This document shows positions 24,890 through 38,000 of a stretch of DNA of 64,000 bases, in pieces. The position numbers were made by a program, and so were the translations under genes. The first letter of the stretch is position 1. Each line of letters begins with the position of its first letter. Source of the stretch: Anthoceros angustus (lineage: Eukaryota; Plantae; Anthocerotophyta); NCBI GenBank assembly GCA_010909165.1, contig MU008164.1:1426001-1490000 (forward strand), given 5' to 3'. The notes beneath the pieces were generated by a model, which saw nothing but the letters and a program-made list of their open reading frames with translations, was not told the origin of the DNA and did not search any database.

Positions 24890-27800
24890 ATGGATCACGA
24901 CGCGCAGCCTCCGCCGCCCAAGCCTGCTCCGAGTCCCAAGGACAAGGACGCCAAGAAGAAGAAGGATGAGAGGAAGGACGAGGACCTGGTACACTCTTCC
25001 TCCCAGCCGAAACTGGTGTCTGTGTGTGCATTTCTGGCAAAATTCATCTCACCCGGAGCTGCCTGCAGTCCGAGGAGGATCTTGCCCTCAAGCAGCAACT
25101 GGAGCTGTACGTGGAGAGGGTGCAAGATACGGATCCGGGAGTGCAAAAACTGGCCTTGGAGAGCATGAGGTAGGTCAAGGAGGTGATTTCTGGCATCGTA
25201 ATTGGGGTGAGGTCTGACATGGGGGCGCGGACAGGCAAGAAATTCGGACGGCCACCAGCTCCATGACGTCCGTCCCGAAGCCTCTCAAGTTTCTTAGGCC
25301 TCACTATCGGACGCTGAAGGCGTTTTATGACACCATGTCCAATCCGGAGCTGAAGGTTTGCAGTTCAGCTTGAGCCAGCTGTTGGACGGGGTGTGTTCGG
25401 TGTTATTGCAGCTTCGTGTTTGCTTACTACCATTTGAATTATGGTGTCGCAGACGTACCTGGCAGATATCATTTCAGTGCTGGCGTTGACGATGGCTGAA
25501 GACGGCGACAGGGTATTATAGCTTGAGAACATGAACTTGCTTTCCTCTGCGCAGCTTGGTTACGTTGCAAGTATTTTGACGGACAGCCTCGAATGGCAGG
25601 AAAGCTTGCGGTTTAGATTGCAAGGGTCAGCAGGAGATATTGGCTCATGGGGACATGAGTATGTCAGGTGAGCGTTCTGCTGAAGGCTGCCGGCTAGAAG
25701 TGTGAAGAGTCTTTTTTGTGGGGTCAGCATAAACATTTTTCATGAGCTTGCTGCTGTTTGCGCATGTGAGCTGTTAGGCATGAATGCGTCTGTCATGTGA
25801 CCTTACTTATCTGGCTCCAGCTCCTGATATTCTGGTCACAGCTGATATAATCATGGCAAATGTTGGAATCTCATGGTATTTTCACGCACAGAAATCTATC
25901 CGGAGAAATCGGTCAAGAATTTCAAAAGCGCCAGGTATGATCATCTTAGCCAGCGCCCTTTCTTCGTAAGCTTGGAGCACGAACCTTTGGTGAACTATGC
26001 AGGATATCTGTGTTAACCAGACCTCTTCTTGTGTGCAGGCTGAGGATAGACCTGTGGATGATCTCATGGAACTTGTGAGGCAGATTGTCCCTTTCCACGT
26101 GAAGGTATGTCTTGTTGCCTTCCTTAGATCATCAAGCAAGTTTTGCACATTGGTCTAGTCCACATCTCTCTGGCACTGCGGACTCCTTTCTCAGGGATTG
26201 TTACGTTTGACCACACTCTTGGCAGCATAATGCAGAGCCAGAAGCTGCTGACCTGCTTATGGAGGTAATAACATTTTTTTCTTTCCTATCTGAGTGTCGA
26301 TTACAAGTTAGGTGTTTGCTTTGCAATCTTGTATTTATTGAACAAGCTATTCAGGTGGAAGAGCTTGACATGCTGATCGAGCACATTGACAAGACCAACT
26401 ACAGGCGTATCTGCTCCTACCTGACCAGCATTACCAGGTTAGCTGGGCTCTTGCCTTGTAATGTCCTCTTCTAGTATTCTGACGTGCTTGGTTTTTGTAT
26501 GTGCATCTTGGACTTCACATGGCTGGTCGATGACACTTTTGTTATTTGCAGTTATGTTCCCGAGCCGGAGGATATGTCTGTTCTTGATCTTGCATATCGA
26601 ATTTACATGAAATTCGAAAAGTATCCTGATGCACTCAGAGTAGCACTTCGGATGGATAATCCTACGGTACCTCCTTTGTTGGGTGTTTGGTTTACTCTAG
26701 CTCAATGCATAGTGGGGGACAAAGATAGCCGTATGTGTGCTGACGCCTTGTGGCCCCAAATCTTTGCAGTATGTGAAGGCTATCATTTCTTCTTGTAAAG
26801 ATGTTCTGGAGAAGTGGCAACTTGGTTATATTCTTGCTCGGCAGGTGAGTTTTCTGGTGCAGAATCCATAATTTTATGATGACAAATATTAAGCACCTGC
26901 TGGCTTGTGGAATGCTCATATTTGCTGTTTTGTTTGACAGTCAGTTCCATTGGAGTTGGATGATGACATGGTAGACGGGGAAGAGCACAGAGAGCTCCTG
27001 CAGGAAATCATCAGCAATAGCAAACTCAGTGAGGGCTACCTAACTCTTGCTCGAGATCTTGAAGTGATGGAGCCCAAGACGCCAGAAGACATCTATAAGG
27101 TATTTGGCCGTCATTGTTGATGTTCAAAGGACTCTTAGTGTGCCTCTCCTAGAGTGATGCTGACACATTCTTTTCTTCTTAGGCACATTTGATCGATGGG
27201 CGATCTGCATCTAGTGCAATTGTTGATTCTGCTCGTCAGAACCTGGCTGCCACACTTGTGAATGCTTTCGTAAATGCAGGCTTTGGGCAGGTAACAGTGT
27301 GTTGGTTTACTCTGCAGTTCCCCTTTTCTATCCATTTGTGCCCCTCTCAGTACGTGTAATTACGTTGATGGTTCGTTTGCAGGATAAGTTAATGACTGCT
27401 CCAGATCCTGGGGAATCAACAAGCGGAAGCTCTGGCAGCTGGCTGTTTAAGAACAAAGAACATGGCAAGGCCAGTGCCGCAGCTAGTTTGGTGAGTGTGG
27501 CTGAGGATTTTTTTGTTTTGGAGTGGACTCAGAATAGGTGAGCTTACATAAGTGATTTGTTTATAGGGGGTCATATACCTCTGGGACGTGGAAGGAGGGC
27601 TTCCTGTGGTCGACAAATATCTTTACAGTACTGACAACAATGTTGTGGCTGGAGCTTTGTTGTCTGTTGGAATAATCAACTGTGGTGTTCACAACGAATG
27701 TGATCCTGTAAGTTTGTGCCTCGATTGAATGTGAGCCCCAAGTAAACCACCCAAAGCGGTACAGACTCATGTTGTTAGCTGCAGGCATATGCTCTCCTCT

Positions 27801-30089
27801 ACGAACATGTGAACAAAGAAGATACGACAATCCGTATCGGGGCTATCATGGGCCTTGGCTTGGCATATGCTGGATCTCAGAAAGAAGAGGTGATGCACAA
27901 AGTGGCTCTTTCCAACTGGGTGGCCACCGTCAAGGAGTGGAAGCTGTGCTTGAGTTTCTGGTTGTACTGATACCGTACTTGTTTGTTGTCTCAGGTTTTG
28001 GAGTTGCTGACTCCAATCGTGACTGATCCCAAAGTGGGGATCGATGTGTCTGGCTTTGCAGCCATATCTTTGGGTCTAATATATGTTGGTTCTTGCCACG
28101 AGGATGTGGCACAGTCAATTATCCTCGCGCTCATGGAGCGTACAGATACAGAACTAGCAGACCCACTTGCCAGGTTCCTCTGTTTGGGACTGGGTCTTCT
28201 GTATTTGGGAAAGCAGGTATGAGGTGTTGAGCTTGCATTGAGCTTGGCAGCAGTCTGTGGTGACTTCGTCCTGTATTTGGCTTGGGGAACTTGTTCTGAA
28301 GTGATTAGTGGAGGTGGTGAACTGCCTGGCGATTGCATTGTCTTTTAGCGTTGTTCCTCTCAACCATGATGGCAGTCAAGATCATGGTGTCCTTGATCCC
28401 TCATGGCCAGGAAGCAGCAGAAGCAACAATGGAAGTTGCCAAGACGTTCAGCAATGAAAAGATCTCGAAGTATTGCATTGTCACCCTTGAGGCATGTGCA
28501 TATGCAGGCACAGGAAATGTCTTGAAGGTGAGTCTCGTTGACAGGAGGCAAATATTTCTCTTTGAAGAATGCTTTCCAGCACTGTGTAGTCTGAATTTCT
28601 TCTTACAACACTATTATTGGTGAGCAGGTACAGCACCTTCTGGGACTTTGCGTCGATCACCTAGATAAGGGAGAAACCCATCAAGCGCCTGCTGTTCTCG
28701 GAATTGCGCTGGTTGCAATGGCTGAGGAACTTGGTCTAGAAATGGCAATTCGGTCATTGGAACACCTGCTGCAGTATGGTGAACAGAACATCCGACGCGC
28801 TGTGCCCCTGGCTCTGGCCTTGTTGTCCATATCAAATCCAAAGGTATCACATGGATGTTTCTTAGAGAGTTAGAGAACAAGGTGTATCTATCCCTCTGTG
28901 AACAGATAGTACTTTGTTGTTTATCGCTCACCCGTGTTGTGTTTACAGATAAGTGTTATGGACACCCTGAGCAGACTCAGTCATGACAGTGATGCGGAGG
29001 TTGCTATGGTACGTGCTTTTCTTGCAGCTTTGTATGTTTTTAGCACCTTGAGCTTAGGTAAAGGACCTGATTTGTGTGACACTTCTCTTGTTTGTGTACA
29101 GTCTGCAACAGTCTCATTAGGTCTTATTGGAGCGGGTACAAATAATGCTAGGATTGCTGGAATGCTTCGAAATCTTTCCAGCTACTACCACAAAGACCCG
29201 AGTCTCCTCTTTTGTGTAAGATTACAGCCTGTCAAGATGGTGATGGCATTTTATCTCTTTGTACACTCTGTAGAGTATGGACTGAGCTCCTTGTTTGTGG
29301 CAGGTGCGCATTGCACAAGGACTAGTGCATATGGGCAAGGGGCTCCTTACGTTGAACCCTTACCATTCTGACCGTTTCCTCTTATCTAAGTATGTGCTGC
29401 CTCCGTGTTCTCTCTTCTGAGTTGAAGGATTGTGGTGCTTCCATATGTGGAGGTGGTCTGTACACCCCATCCTTATCCAGCTCATGGTTGTCTCTGTTAA
29501 TGCCTTTTGTGGTGTGCAGCGTGGCCTTGGCAGGACTGACAACCTGCCTGCATGCTTGTCTGGACATGAAGAACACTATTCTTGGGAAGTTTCACTATGT
29601 TTTATATTATCTGGTTTTGGCCATGCAGGTAACACATCCTTCTATGCGTGTCTTACTTTGTTTCACCTTTGTTGCTGCTGTAATGTGATCTGTCTTGAAG
29701 TTTTGTGCTAAGCTGCTTAGTCGTTTTGGGTGAACGGTTACAGCCTCGCATGCTCCTAACGCTGGACGAGAATTTGAAGCCTATATCAGTTCCAGTTCGA
29801 GTAGGACTAGCTGTTGACGTTGTAGGACAGGCCGGTCGACCGAAGACCATTACTGGATTCCAAACGCACACAACCCCCGTCCTCCTGGCGACCGGCGACA
29901 GGGCGGAGTTGGCCACTGAAAAGTAAGTTCGCAACCAGAATCGTTTCTCCATCGCTCGCACTTGACTTCAGACGCTGATATTGGCGTGACATGGCTTTCC
30001 GCAGGTATATTCCTCTGTCGTCCGTACTCGAAGGATTCGTTGTATTGAAGGAAAATCCAGACTATGTGCAGGACCATTTGAGTACATGA
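24890..30089 (+). CDS. RPN1: 26S proteasome non-ATPase regulatory subunit 2 (RPN1), more than 20 short introns
   Basis: [70 protein letters not shown], ending ..[13 protein letters not shown]. Confidence 0.97.
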
Positions 30090-30457
30090 GCCGTTAAATC
30101 AATTTTTTCTGCCTGTTGCAAGTGGCAATGACAAGGGAAAATGTTTTCGCATTTTGGAACCTTTTCTGAAGCCCTCCTGCCGTACAGCAAGATGGTGTCG
30201 ACTAATACTAACCTCCCTCCGCCGGGTACCCTGCACTGTGGGCTCTTGGGTGGGTGCCCAAGGCCCTTAGTGGCAGAAGGGTGCTTGTTAGCAGGATAGA
30301 CACTAGAGTTCATTTCATTGAGCAAGGATCATAGTCTTAAACTTGGGACAGGAGGCACGAATGTAGATGGTGCTGCAGGAGGACGTGTCCTGCACCAGCG
30401 CAAACTGCCTTGTGGATCAACCCTAAAATCTCTGTTCACCCTTATCCACACAGCTTG

Positions 30458-33208
30458 TCAGCTTAGCTCTTCCACTAGTCGGTGCAGCATGGCTTCTTGC
30501 TCATGCCTGTGGTCTCCCACCAAGAACGTATGGACCTTCTGCTCATGCTTGATCCAACTCTGCCCCGGCTGCTTCCATGCACCTGCTTTCCGTCTGATCT
30601 GATCTACTTCGTCAGCAGAGTCCCACATGCCAGCATGAGCGTAGATGTTGGACATTAGCACATACGGCGCTGCTTGTTCTGGCTGCAACTTTGCAGCGCA
30701 ATCAAAGGCTCGCCTAGCCAGCGCCACATTGCCATGCTTTCGACATGCGCCAAGCAAACACAGCCATACAGCCATCGTGGGCTCCATCGACATATGTGAG
30801 AGCAAGTCTTCTGCCTTGTGAAGCAATCCCGCACGTCCCACCAGATCAATCACACAAACGTAATGCTCAATGGACGCGGAAATGCCATGGTCTCTGGTCA
30901 TGCTCTCAAAGTACTCCAGTCCCTTATCCACCATACAAGCGTGACTGCATGCCAAGAGAAGGGGCAAGAAGGTGACTCCATCTGGCTTCCAACCTGCAGA
31001 ACACATCTGCTCGTAACACCGCTCACTCATGTCAAAATCTCCTTGACGGGCATACCCCGCAATAAGTGCATTCCAGGACTCCAAGCTGGGGTGAGGTAGT
31101 GAGTCAAAAACCTCCTGTGCATCTTCCATGCTCCCGCACTTACCATAGGCATGGATCAAACTGGTTGCCACGGAGAGGCTGCAGTTTACTCTCCCCTCAG
31201 ATATCGTCCGGTGGGTCTTCCTAGTAGTATCCAGGGCTCCGACGCTGCTGCAAGCTTCCAGTACAGAAAGAAACGTGGCCTCTTCTGGTTCAACACCTTC
31301 TAGTTGCATCTGGGCGTACAGTTGCAAAGCCTTGTCTCCTTGGTCGTGCTGGGCATATGCTGCAATCATTGCATTCCATAACACGACATCCCGGTGGGAG
31401 ACGCCATGGAATACATCTTCAGCATCCTTGATGCTCCCACACTTCGCATACATACTAATTAGAGTGCTACCAACATACATGTCTGACGCATAACCCAGCG
31501 CAGCAACTTGTTGATGTATTTCCTTCCCCTTCTGCAGTGAGTTAACTTTCACTGACTGCCCATGCACATGAGCACTTTCCTCCTGTTCTGCAATGCTGCT
31601 ACATGCTTGGATGCAGCTCACAAAGGTCCGAGCATCCAGCATGATGCCTTTCTCTTGCATTTGATCATAAATCTCTATCGCCTTTCCTCCCTGGCCATGC
31701 TGAGCGTATATTGCCAAAATCACATTCCACAACCCTATATTCTTGCAGCATAGCCGGTCAAACACTTCCTGCACATCCGTCATGCTACAGCACTTCGCAT
31801 ACATACAAACTAAGGCGCTACCAACAAAGGTGTCCGATTCAAAACCCCTCTCAACAGCTTCAGCATGCATCTGCTTTCCCTGTCGGACTGAGTTGAGCTT
31901 TACAGCTTGAATCCCAACATGTGTCGATTCCTCTTTTTCTGCAGCATAGCCACATGCCTGGAGTGAGCTGACGAAGGTCCGTGCATCTGGCCTGAAACCT
32001 GCGCTTAGCATGGCTGCATACACCTGCAAGGCAGCTTCTCCTTGTCCCTGCTGAACATGTGCTGCAATCATTGTATTCCACGAGACAACATTGCGGTGCA
32101 GCAGTCCGTCAAAAACTGATTGGGCATCCCTGATGCTCCCACACTTTGCATACATGCTGACCAAAGTGCTACCAACGAAGACATCTGAGTCAATGCCCCT
32201 TCTAGCAGCTTGAGCATGTAGTTCCTTTCCCTGCCGAAGAGACTTCAACCTGATACGTAGACCATGCATGAATACACTTTCCTCCTGTTCAGCAAGTGTG
32301 CCACATGCCTGGAGAGCACTGACAAACGTTCTATCATCTGGCACGGCTCCATCCTCTTGCATTTGGCAATAGACTTGCAAGGCCCTTTCTCCTTGCTCCT
32401 CTTGAGCATATGCTGCAATCATCGCATTCCATGATGCAACATCTCGTCGAGAGAGGCCAGCAAACACCTGCTGTGCATCCAAGGTACTTCCGCACTTGGC
32501 ATACATGCTAACCAAGGTGCTACCAACAAAGACATCTGAATCACATCCATGTCTCACCACATCAGCATGAACCCGCTTGCCCTCCTCCAAGACTTCTAAC
32601 CTGCTGCATGCTTTCAGTAAACTGACAAATGTATATTTATCAGGCTGAACACCCTCTTGTTGCATTTGCTCATAGCATAAGAGGGCTTCCCGCGCTTTCC
32701 CAGCATTACTATACCCGGAAATGATGGCTGTCCAAGAGAAAGCAGTACGATGCGGCAGACCTCGAAACAATTGCAGCCCATCTGCAAGGCTCCCGCAACG
32801 GACCAGCGTGGCAACCACAAGGTCGCTCAGAAGTCTGTGTGTCCCCAACCCACGTTCTGCCAGATGTGTATGTACCCACTTAGCCTCGGCGAGGGCCTTC
32901 ATTTTCATGCATGCCTGCAGTAGGCTTCTGTACATTTCCACTGGGGGTACACTTCCTTGTCGGTCCATGCGGACAAGAACAAGAAGAGCCATTTCGAGCT
33001 GTCCCTCCTTGCATAGGCTCTCCAGTTCAAAAGGATTCCCACAAGCTTGCCTGCACAGGGCGGGTATCCAGAAGTTGAGCATAGCGATCCCAGCTACCTC
33101 ACAGAGCACACACTCCTCTGCAAGCATTTGGTGGATTGGATTACCTGTCACTCCCGAAAGTCCAGCGAGGTGTAGACCCAACCGACACCCCAGCTTGGGG
33201 TGGAACAT
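30458..33208 (-). CDS. Intronless PLS-class pentatricopeptide repeat protein with E/E+ end, no DYW; true start may be downstream (~33082)
   Basis: 916 aa ORF; repeated VFVGSTLVSMYAKCGS / VSWNAMIAAY / PDxxTFVS; E domain EHYVCVIDLVGRAG, YVLMSNIYA; PG box KQPGQSWI. Confidence 0.93.
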   Translation of the reverse strand: MFHPKLGCRLGLHLAGLSGVTGNPIHQMLAEECVLCEVAGIAMLNFWIPALCRQACGNPFELESLCKEGQLEMALLVLVRMDRQGSVPPVEMYRSLLQACMKMKALAEAKWVHTHLAERGLGTHRLLSDLVVATLVRCGSLADGLQLFRGLPHRTAFSWTAIISGYSNAGKAREALLCYEQMQQEGVQPDKYTFVSLLKACSRLEVLEEGKRVHADVVRHGCDSDVFVGSTLVSMYAKCGSTLDAQQVFAGLSRRDVASWNAMIAAYAQEEQGERALQVYCQMQEDGAVPDDRTFVSALQACGTLAEQEESVFMHGLRIRLKSLRQGKELHAQAARRGIDSDVFVGSTLVSMYAKCGSIRDAQSVFDGLLHRNVVSWNTMIAAHVQQGQGEAALQVYAAMLSAGFRPDARTFVSSLQACGYAAEKEESTHVGIQAVKLNSVRQGKQMHAEAVERGFESDTFVGSALVCMYAKCCSMTDVQEVFDRLCCKNIGLWNVILAIYAQHGQGGKAIEIYDQMQEKGIMLDARTFVSCIQACSSIAEQEESAHVHGQSVKVNSLQKGKEIHQQVAALGYASDMYVGSTLISMYAKCGSIKDAEDVFHGVSHRDVVLWNAMIAAYAQHDQGDKALQLYAQMQLEGVEPEEATFLSVLEACSSVGALDTTRKTHRTISEGRVNCSLSVATSLIHAYGKCGSMEDAQEVFDSLPHPSLESWNALIAGYARQGDFDMSERCYEQMCSAGWKPDGVTFLPLLLACSHACMVDKGLEYFESMTRDHGISASIEHYVCVIDLVGRAGLLHKAEDLLSHMSMEPTMAVWLCLLGACRKHGNVALARRAFDCAAKLQPEQAAPYVLMSNIYAHAGMWDSADEVDQIRRKAGAWKQPGQSWIKHEQKVHTFLVGDHRHEQEAMLHRLVEELS

Positions 33209-34049
33209 GCAGCATAGCTGGAAGAAAGCTCGTGCGAGCAGGCTTCCACAGGTTGATCAACCAGAGGGCCTCCTTCGACCTCCGGTGCCTCAATTGAAGA
33301 TGAAAGGAACATTTTTTACTCACAGTAGCACAATCAGAGCTGAGGACGTGAAGCCAAAAGTGATGGAATAGTGCCACAGCTGTAGTTTGGCACTCCCTGT
33401 AAAACAACCAAGGACATGGCTCCTAGGACTTCACTGGCAGCTGATGTCGGCGAGCAAACAATACAGACAACAGGGTCTACTCATGAGTCTTTACTCCTCT
33501 ACAGCTTAGAACCAAGAACTTGTACCCTGCCGCAATCGTTATAACCGTTTCTCGGCTACCTGGGTCTGCAGGTCCTGTAATAGGATGCAAGGCTGCAAGT
33601 GTGTCAGGACTCAGGAGACGACGTCACCTCTTTATTTCATCTCCATCGCTCATCGTCCACATAAACCATCTGGAAGTGGACCAAGCACAAAATCCCAATT
33701 GCATTAGAAATGTGTCTTACCTTACAATGAGACCTGTCAGATCATTGTAGTCTAAGAAACATAATATAATTCCAGTTTTCTTCATGTAGTAAACAGAGAT
33801 GGGTGATCCACATGATCCAATTGCTTGGGCAGCTAGAGTATGGGTGTTGGCAAGTCATCCAGCGTCCACTTGCACGCACACTGCCTGATATGAGGTTGCT
33901 TCAGCTTCAGCAAATCTATTTCTTTGCAATGTGGCCTGCCCTTCATTCTCCCGCAGCTCTGACAGCATCAATTATGTCGACAAGGCCGGTTCTGACTTGC
34001 AACAATCGGCAGGTTAGGGCATTTTGGAAACAGTAATATTTATGTCCGA

Positions 34050-34192
34050 GGCACTTGAACTTGCTGTTTAGGAGAAGCAAATTACTACCCCTGAATGTGA
34101 AATTGCGAATGGCTTGCCGGGGCACTTGAAGTCGCTGCTTAGGCGAAGCACATTATCATACCTGAATGTGAACTTGCAAATTGCTTGTCGCC
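34050..34192. repeat. Two-copy ~72 bp tandem duplication upstream of the transporter gene
   Basis: GCACTTGAA...GAAGCA.ATTA...CCTGAATGTGAA.TTGC.AAT.GCTTG appears twice. Confidence 0.65.
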
Positions 34193-34541
34193 AATCTGGA
34201 TCCCGGCGAGGAGCACACGAGTTGCCCGTGTCCGCTGCACACACCTGTTCCTGCTAGGTGTTGTGGACAGAGTGGTGTGAGGCGAGGATGTCATTCATCC
34301 AGCTCATTCATGTTCAGACCAGGAGCAGAGTGACATGTTCTTTAGCTCAGTTTTAGATCTGAGGGCAAATCGCACGGTCGGGGACACGGACTACTCCTGG
34401 TGAGGAGGTCTATAGGTCTGTATATCCGGGGCGGGTATTGCACGATCTGGATGTGATCCGAGGAGATTCGGAGCTGCTACTACGGATGACAGCAAGTATG
34501 GAATATGTAGTCTCATTCTGACGGAGAGACCTGGCAGCCAA

Positions 34542-37438
34542 ATGGAGATGCGGGATCGCGAACCCAATACAGATGCCAGGGCCTCGGACAGTGATCACTC
34601 TTTGTACGATGGCATGGAGCTGCACGATCTTCGTGACCACGATGTCGGGCTGATCTCAGATGAAGAGTTCGACGAGGAATTCGGCAATCCTTCCAATTTT
34701 GGACACCTCACAAATGGGAGGAGGGTGGCAAAAGAGATGGAGGATGAAGGAGCTGCAGTCCAATCTCTTGCAATCACCGTTGCAAAGACATTGTGTTATA
34801 TAGTGCTATGGTACATTTTCAGCCTATGTCTTACACTGTAAGTTACTGCCTCTCCTTTTCTTAGCTGGTCCCTTGGAGCGGTAGGGATGTCTAGGGTCTA
34901 CAGGCAGTCTCATCCCATTTGATGCAGATCTTTGGACTCCTTGCAATTTGTTTTTGCACGAACTTGTGTCTTTACTACTTTTGAAGTTGGTGTTCAGGTA
35001 CAATAAGGAGTTGCTAGGAGAGCAGTTGGGGAAATTTCCTGCTCCAATGCTGATGAATAGCGTTCACTTTTTGATGCAAGCTGTAATTTCGACAGTAATG
35101 CTCAGATTCTGCTGTGGCTCTTTGCGACCAACTGTGATGATTTCTTGGAAGGACTACTTCTTAAGGGGTACTGTGAGCTCAAGCATCTCAACTTCAGAGC
35201 AGGATATTATGCAGGATTATCATGTGCTAGACTACACAACCTTATTGATAAATGTTGTGAATGAATGTTATCTCTTGAAATTGTGGAGGCAATAGGATGA
35301 CTAGTTGTCAATGCGGATTTAGTTTGTACTTGCTGGGTTAGTCCATGCGTCACTGACCTCACTTGATGCTTTGCAGCTTGGTCCGGCAGTTAACATTCTG
35401 TCTCATTTGGTTGCTTCAGTGGTCCCAGCTGCATTGGGTACAGCTTTAGATATCAACTTGAGCAACGAGTCTTTTGTTTTCATCTCAGTCACCTTTGCCA
35501 CGATGGTATGTTCTGGTTTTTAAGATTCTACAATTCATCTGCATAGGAAACCCAGAATGACTGGCTGACATGCTTCATATCTCCATATCCTGTGACTTCG
35601 CAAACTTTTGCAGTTGGTTTATATGAGCTTGACTATGTGTTGCTGGTGTTCCCAGTGCAAGTCTGCAGCACCTGTGTTCCTTCTTCTTTTCGCATTTGCC
35701 TTCAAGTGAGTAACAGGTTGAGCCTCGTTTGCAACTCTAGGACGTAGTGGACCTTTTTGACCAGGATTCTTGCTGCCTTTCCGTGGACTGATTTTCATGT
35801 AGTTTACTGGAGGTTTTCAGCAGTGCTGATGGTTCCTAATTTATGTTTTCATGCGATATACTTAGATTGGAGTCACCAAGTTGGAAGCTCTTCGGCATCA
35901 TCACGGTAATTTCATCTGGAGTGCTTTTGACAGGTTCGTGGAACTTTTCTATAACCAGGTTAAACAATAATTCATGGAGGGTTGAACGGCCATATTGGTT
36001 TAGTACTCCCGGCTATCTAACATCTTCTGTGCTGCTATTCAGCTCTTAAGGAAACAGACTTCAAGCTTGCTGGGTTCATTCTCATAATGCTTTCAGCAGT
36101 AATGGCTGGATTTCGATGGACCCTCACACAGATATTGCTTCAGGTATTCCTCCAGCTTAGCTTGCACAGCACGCAGCTTGAGTTTGGGGTTGGGTTCAAA
36201 ATTTCATGGTTTGCTGTCATGTTAGCCTGGGGGTGCTTTTTGCATGGTCTGTTGGTGACATTTACTTCTTTGTTTATCTCGAAGTTTGTGAACGGCTTTC
36301 TCATGTTTGATTTCTTTGGGTGCATTGGTACTCACACCTGCCAAATTGAACAGAAAGAAGAATTTGGTAAGGGTTTGCTCTATTTCATCCCCCTCCGTGT
36401 TTTCAGCAGTCTTCCCTTGTCATTCCATATTTCTGTATGAGATTCTGAGGTACGATTGTCACCGTATCAGAGAAAGTGAGAATGTTTTTGTTGGTTTCTG
36501 AGGATTGTTACTCACATCACAGGCCTTAACAATCCACTCGCTGTCATGAGCTACCTTACACCTATAATGGCCACGGTGACACTGGTTGCCTCCTTCATGT
36601 TGGAGCCTTGGCACAAGCTTGGGGAATCCCGCTACTTTGACTCACCCTGGCATGGATTCCAGAGTTGTGCACTCATGTTTCTTGGTGGTACCTTAGCCTT
36701 CTGCATGGTAAGTATCCCGTGACTGGTTTATGAGGTAGCAATTATTGGCTTTATGCTTCCTCAGCTTACAGGCACCGGACCTTGATTGTGTGAGAGTGAG
36801 ACCGGCCTGGAAACTGCAAGAGCCTAAATGGGGTGTACCATGGCTCTGGTATAGGTGATGGCAGAGTTCCTGGTGATTTCAGAGACAAGTGCCGTGACCT
36901 TGACTGTTGCAGGTGTTGTCAAGGAAGTTATAACCATCGTGGTAAGTTGCATCTGCCAGGATGGAAACCGTTTTGAGGGTGCTTTTGTGTGTAGCTGCTG
37001 TGGAGCACTCTCTCCAGCCAGGAAAAGATTCGCATTTTATGAAGCGTTTAGTTCCTCCTCTTTTATGCAGGCCGCCATCCTCTTCTTCCACGACAGCTTC
37101 ACCTGGTACAAGGCTGCAGGTCTTGTTGTGATAATATTTGGGGTGTGTCTCTTCAACTGGTACAAGTAAGTCTCGGTTCTACAACTTCAGGTGGTTGTGA
37201 AGGTCAAAAGGGGTCCCAATCGTGGCGGAACCCGGATTCTAGTACTCGCTGCCTTCTGCAACAAGATAACCCTCCCTTTTGGTTCTGCAGGTACCAGAAA
37301 CTGCACGGTGGACTTCGTGATCACCATGGCCATGCGGCATCTGCTCCAGAAAATATCCCTCTCAAATACACTATTCTTGAGGACATTGACGTGAAGGATG
37401 CGCCTCGTGATCATCATGAGATGGACAGGATACAGTAG
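34542..37438 (+). CDS. Sugar-phosphate translocator / nucleotide-sugar transporter family (SLC35C2/At1g06470-like), multi-exon
   Basis: IVLWYIFSLCLTLYNK, FPAPMLM, ALDINLSNES, CKSAAPVFLLLFAF, FRWTLTQILLQ, TSAVTLTVAGVVKE, LFNWYKY. Confidence 0.92.
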
Positions 37439-38000
37439 GTGGTGTCCTGAACTTGGGACTGCGACAATGCAGGAGAGATTCATTTATGGTGGTTCATTTG
37501 CCGGTGGCTCATGCGACCTTGAATCAGACTCACCTTTGGTGCTCATAAGATGGTCCCTTGGGATTGGCCACGCCATCGCTGAGCATCATGGGATGAACAG
37601 GAGATAAGAGGTGGAGACTCTGTGTCCAAGTGGGCACTATGAGATAGGCGATTACAGATCTAATATTTGGTGATGGTCCATTTCCATCGCATTTTTGCTG
37701 GTAGACCTGTGTCTGCGCGGTGTGGCCAGGAACCGGACTTGCTGTATTTTTATTGAATCAACTCTGGCATGTACCGCTCAACTCGAGAGACGTGCCGTGG
37801 TTTGGTCGCCTGGAAGGACTTCAAAGTCCGATTTCAGATAAGGAGTCTCTCAAGATTTGAGGTGTGCGAAAATTTTTCGCAATCACGGGCGTCGAGCGAC
37901 TGTGGACAAGCGATGTAGCGAACGGAATGGGTCTCGGACCTTTGGCGAGAGCCATAGGCTGCAAATATGTACATACGACAGTGCTTGTTGCTGACCACAA

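Noticed and set aside
30090-30457. Hidden DYW domain downstream of the PPR stop
   Set aside because: No HxE or CxxC motif was seen, and the space before RPN1 is minimal.
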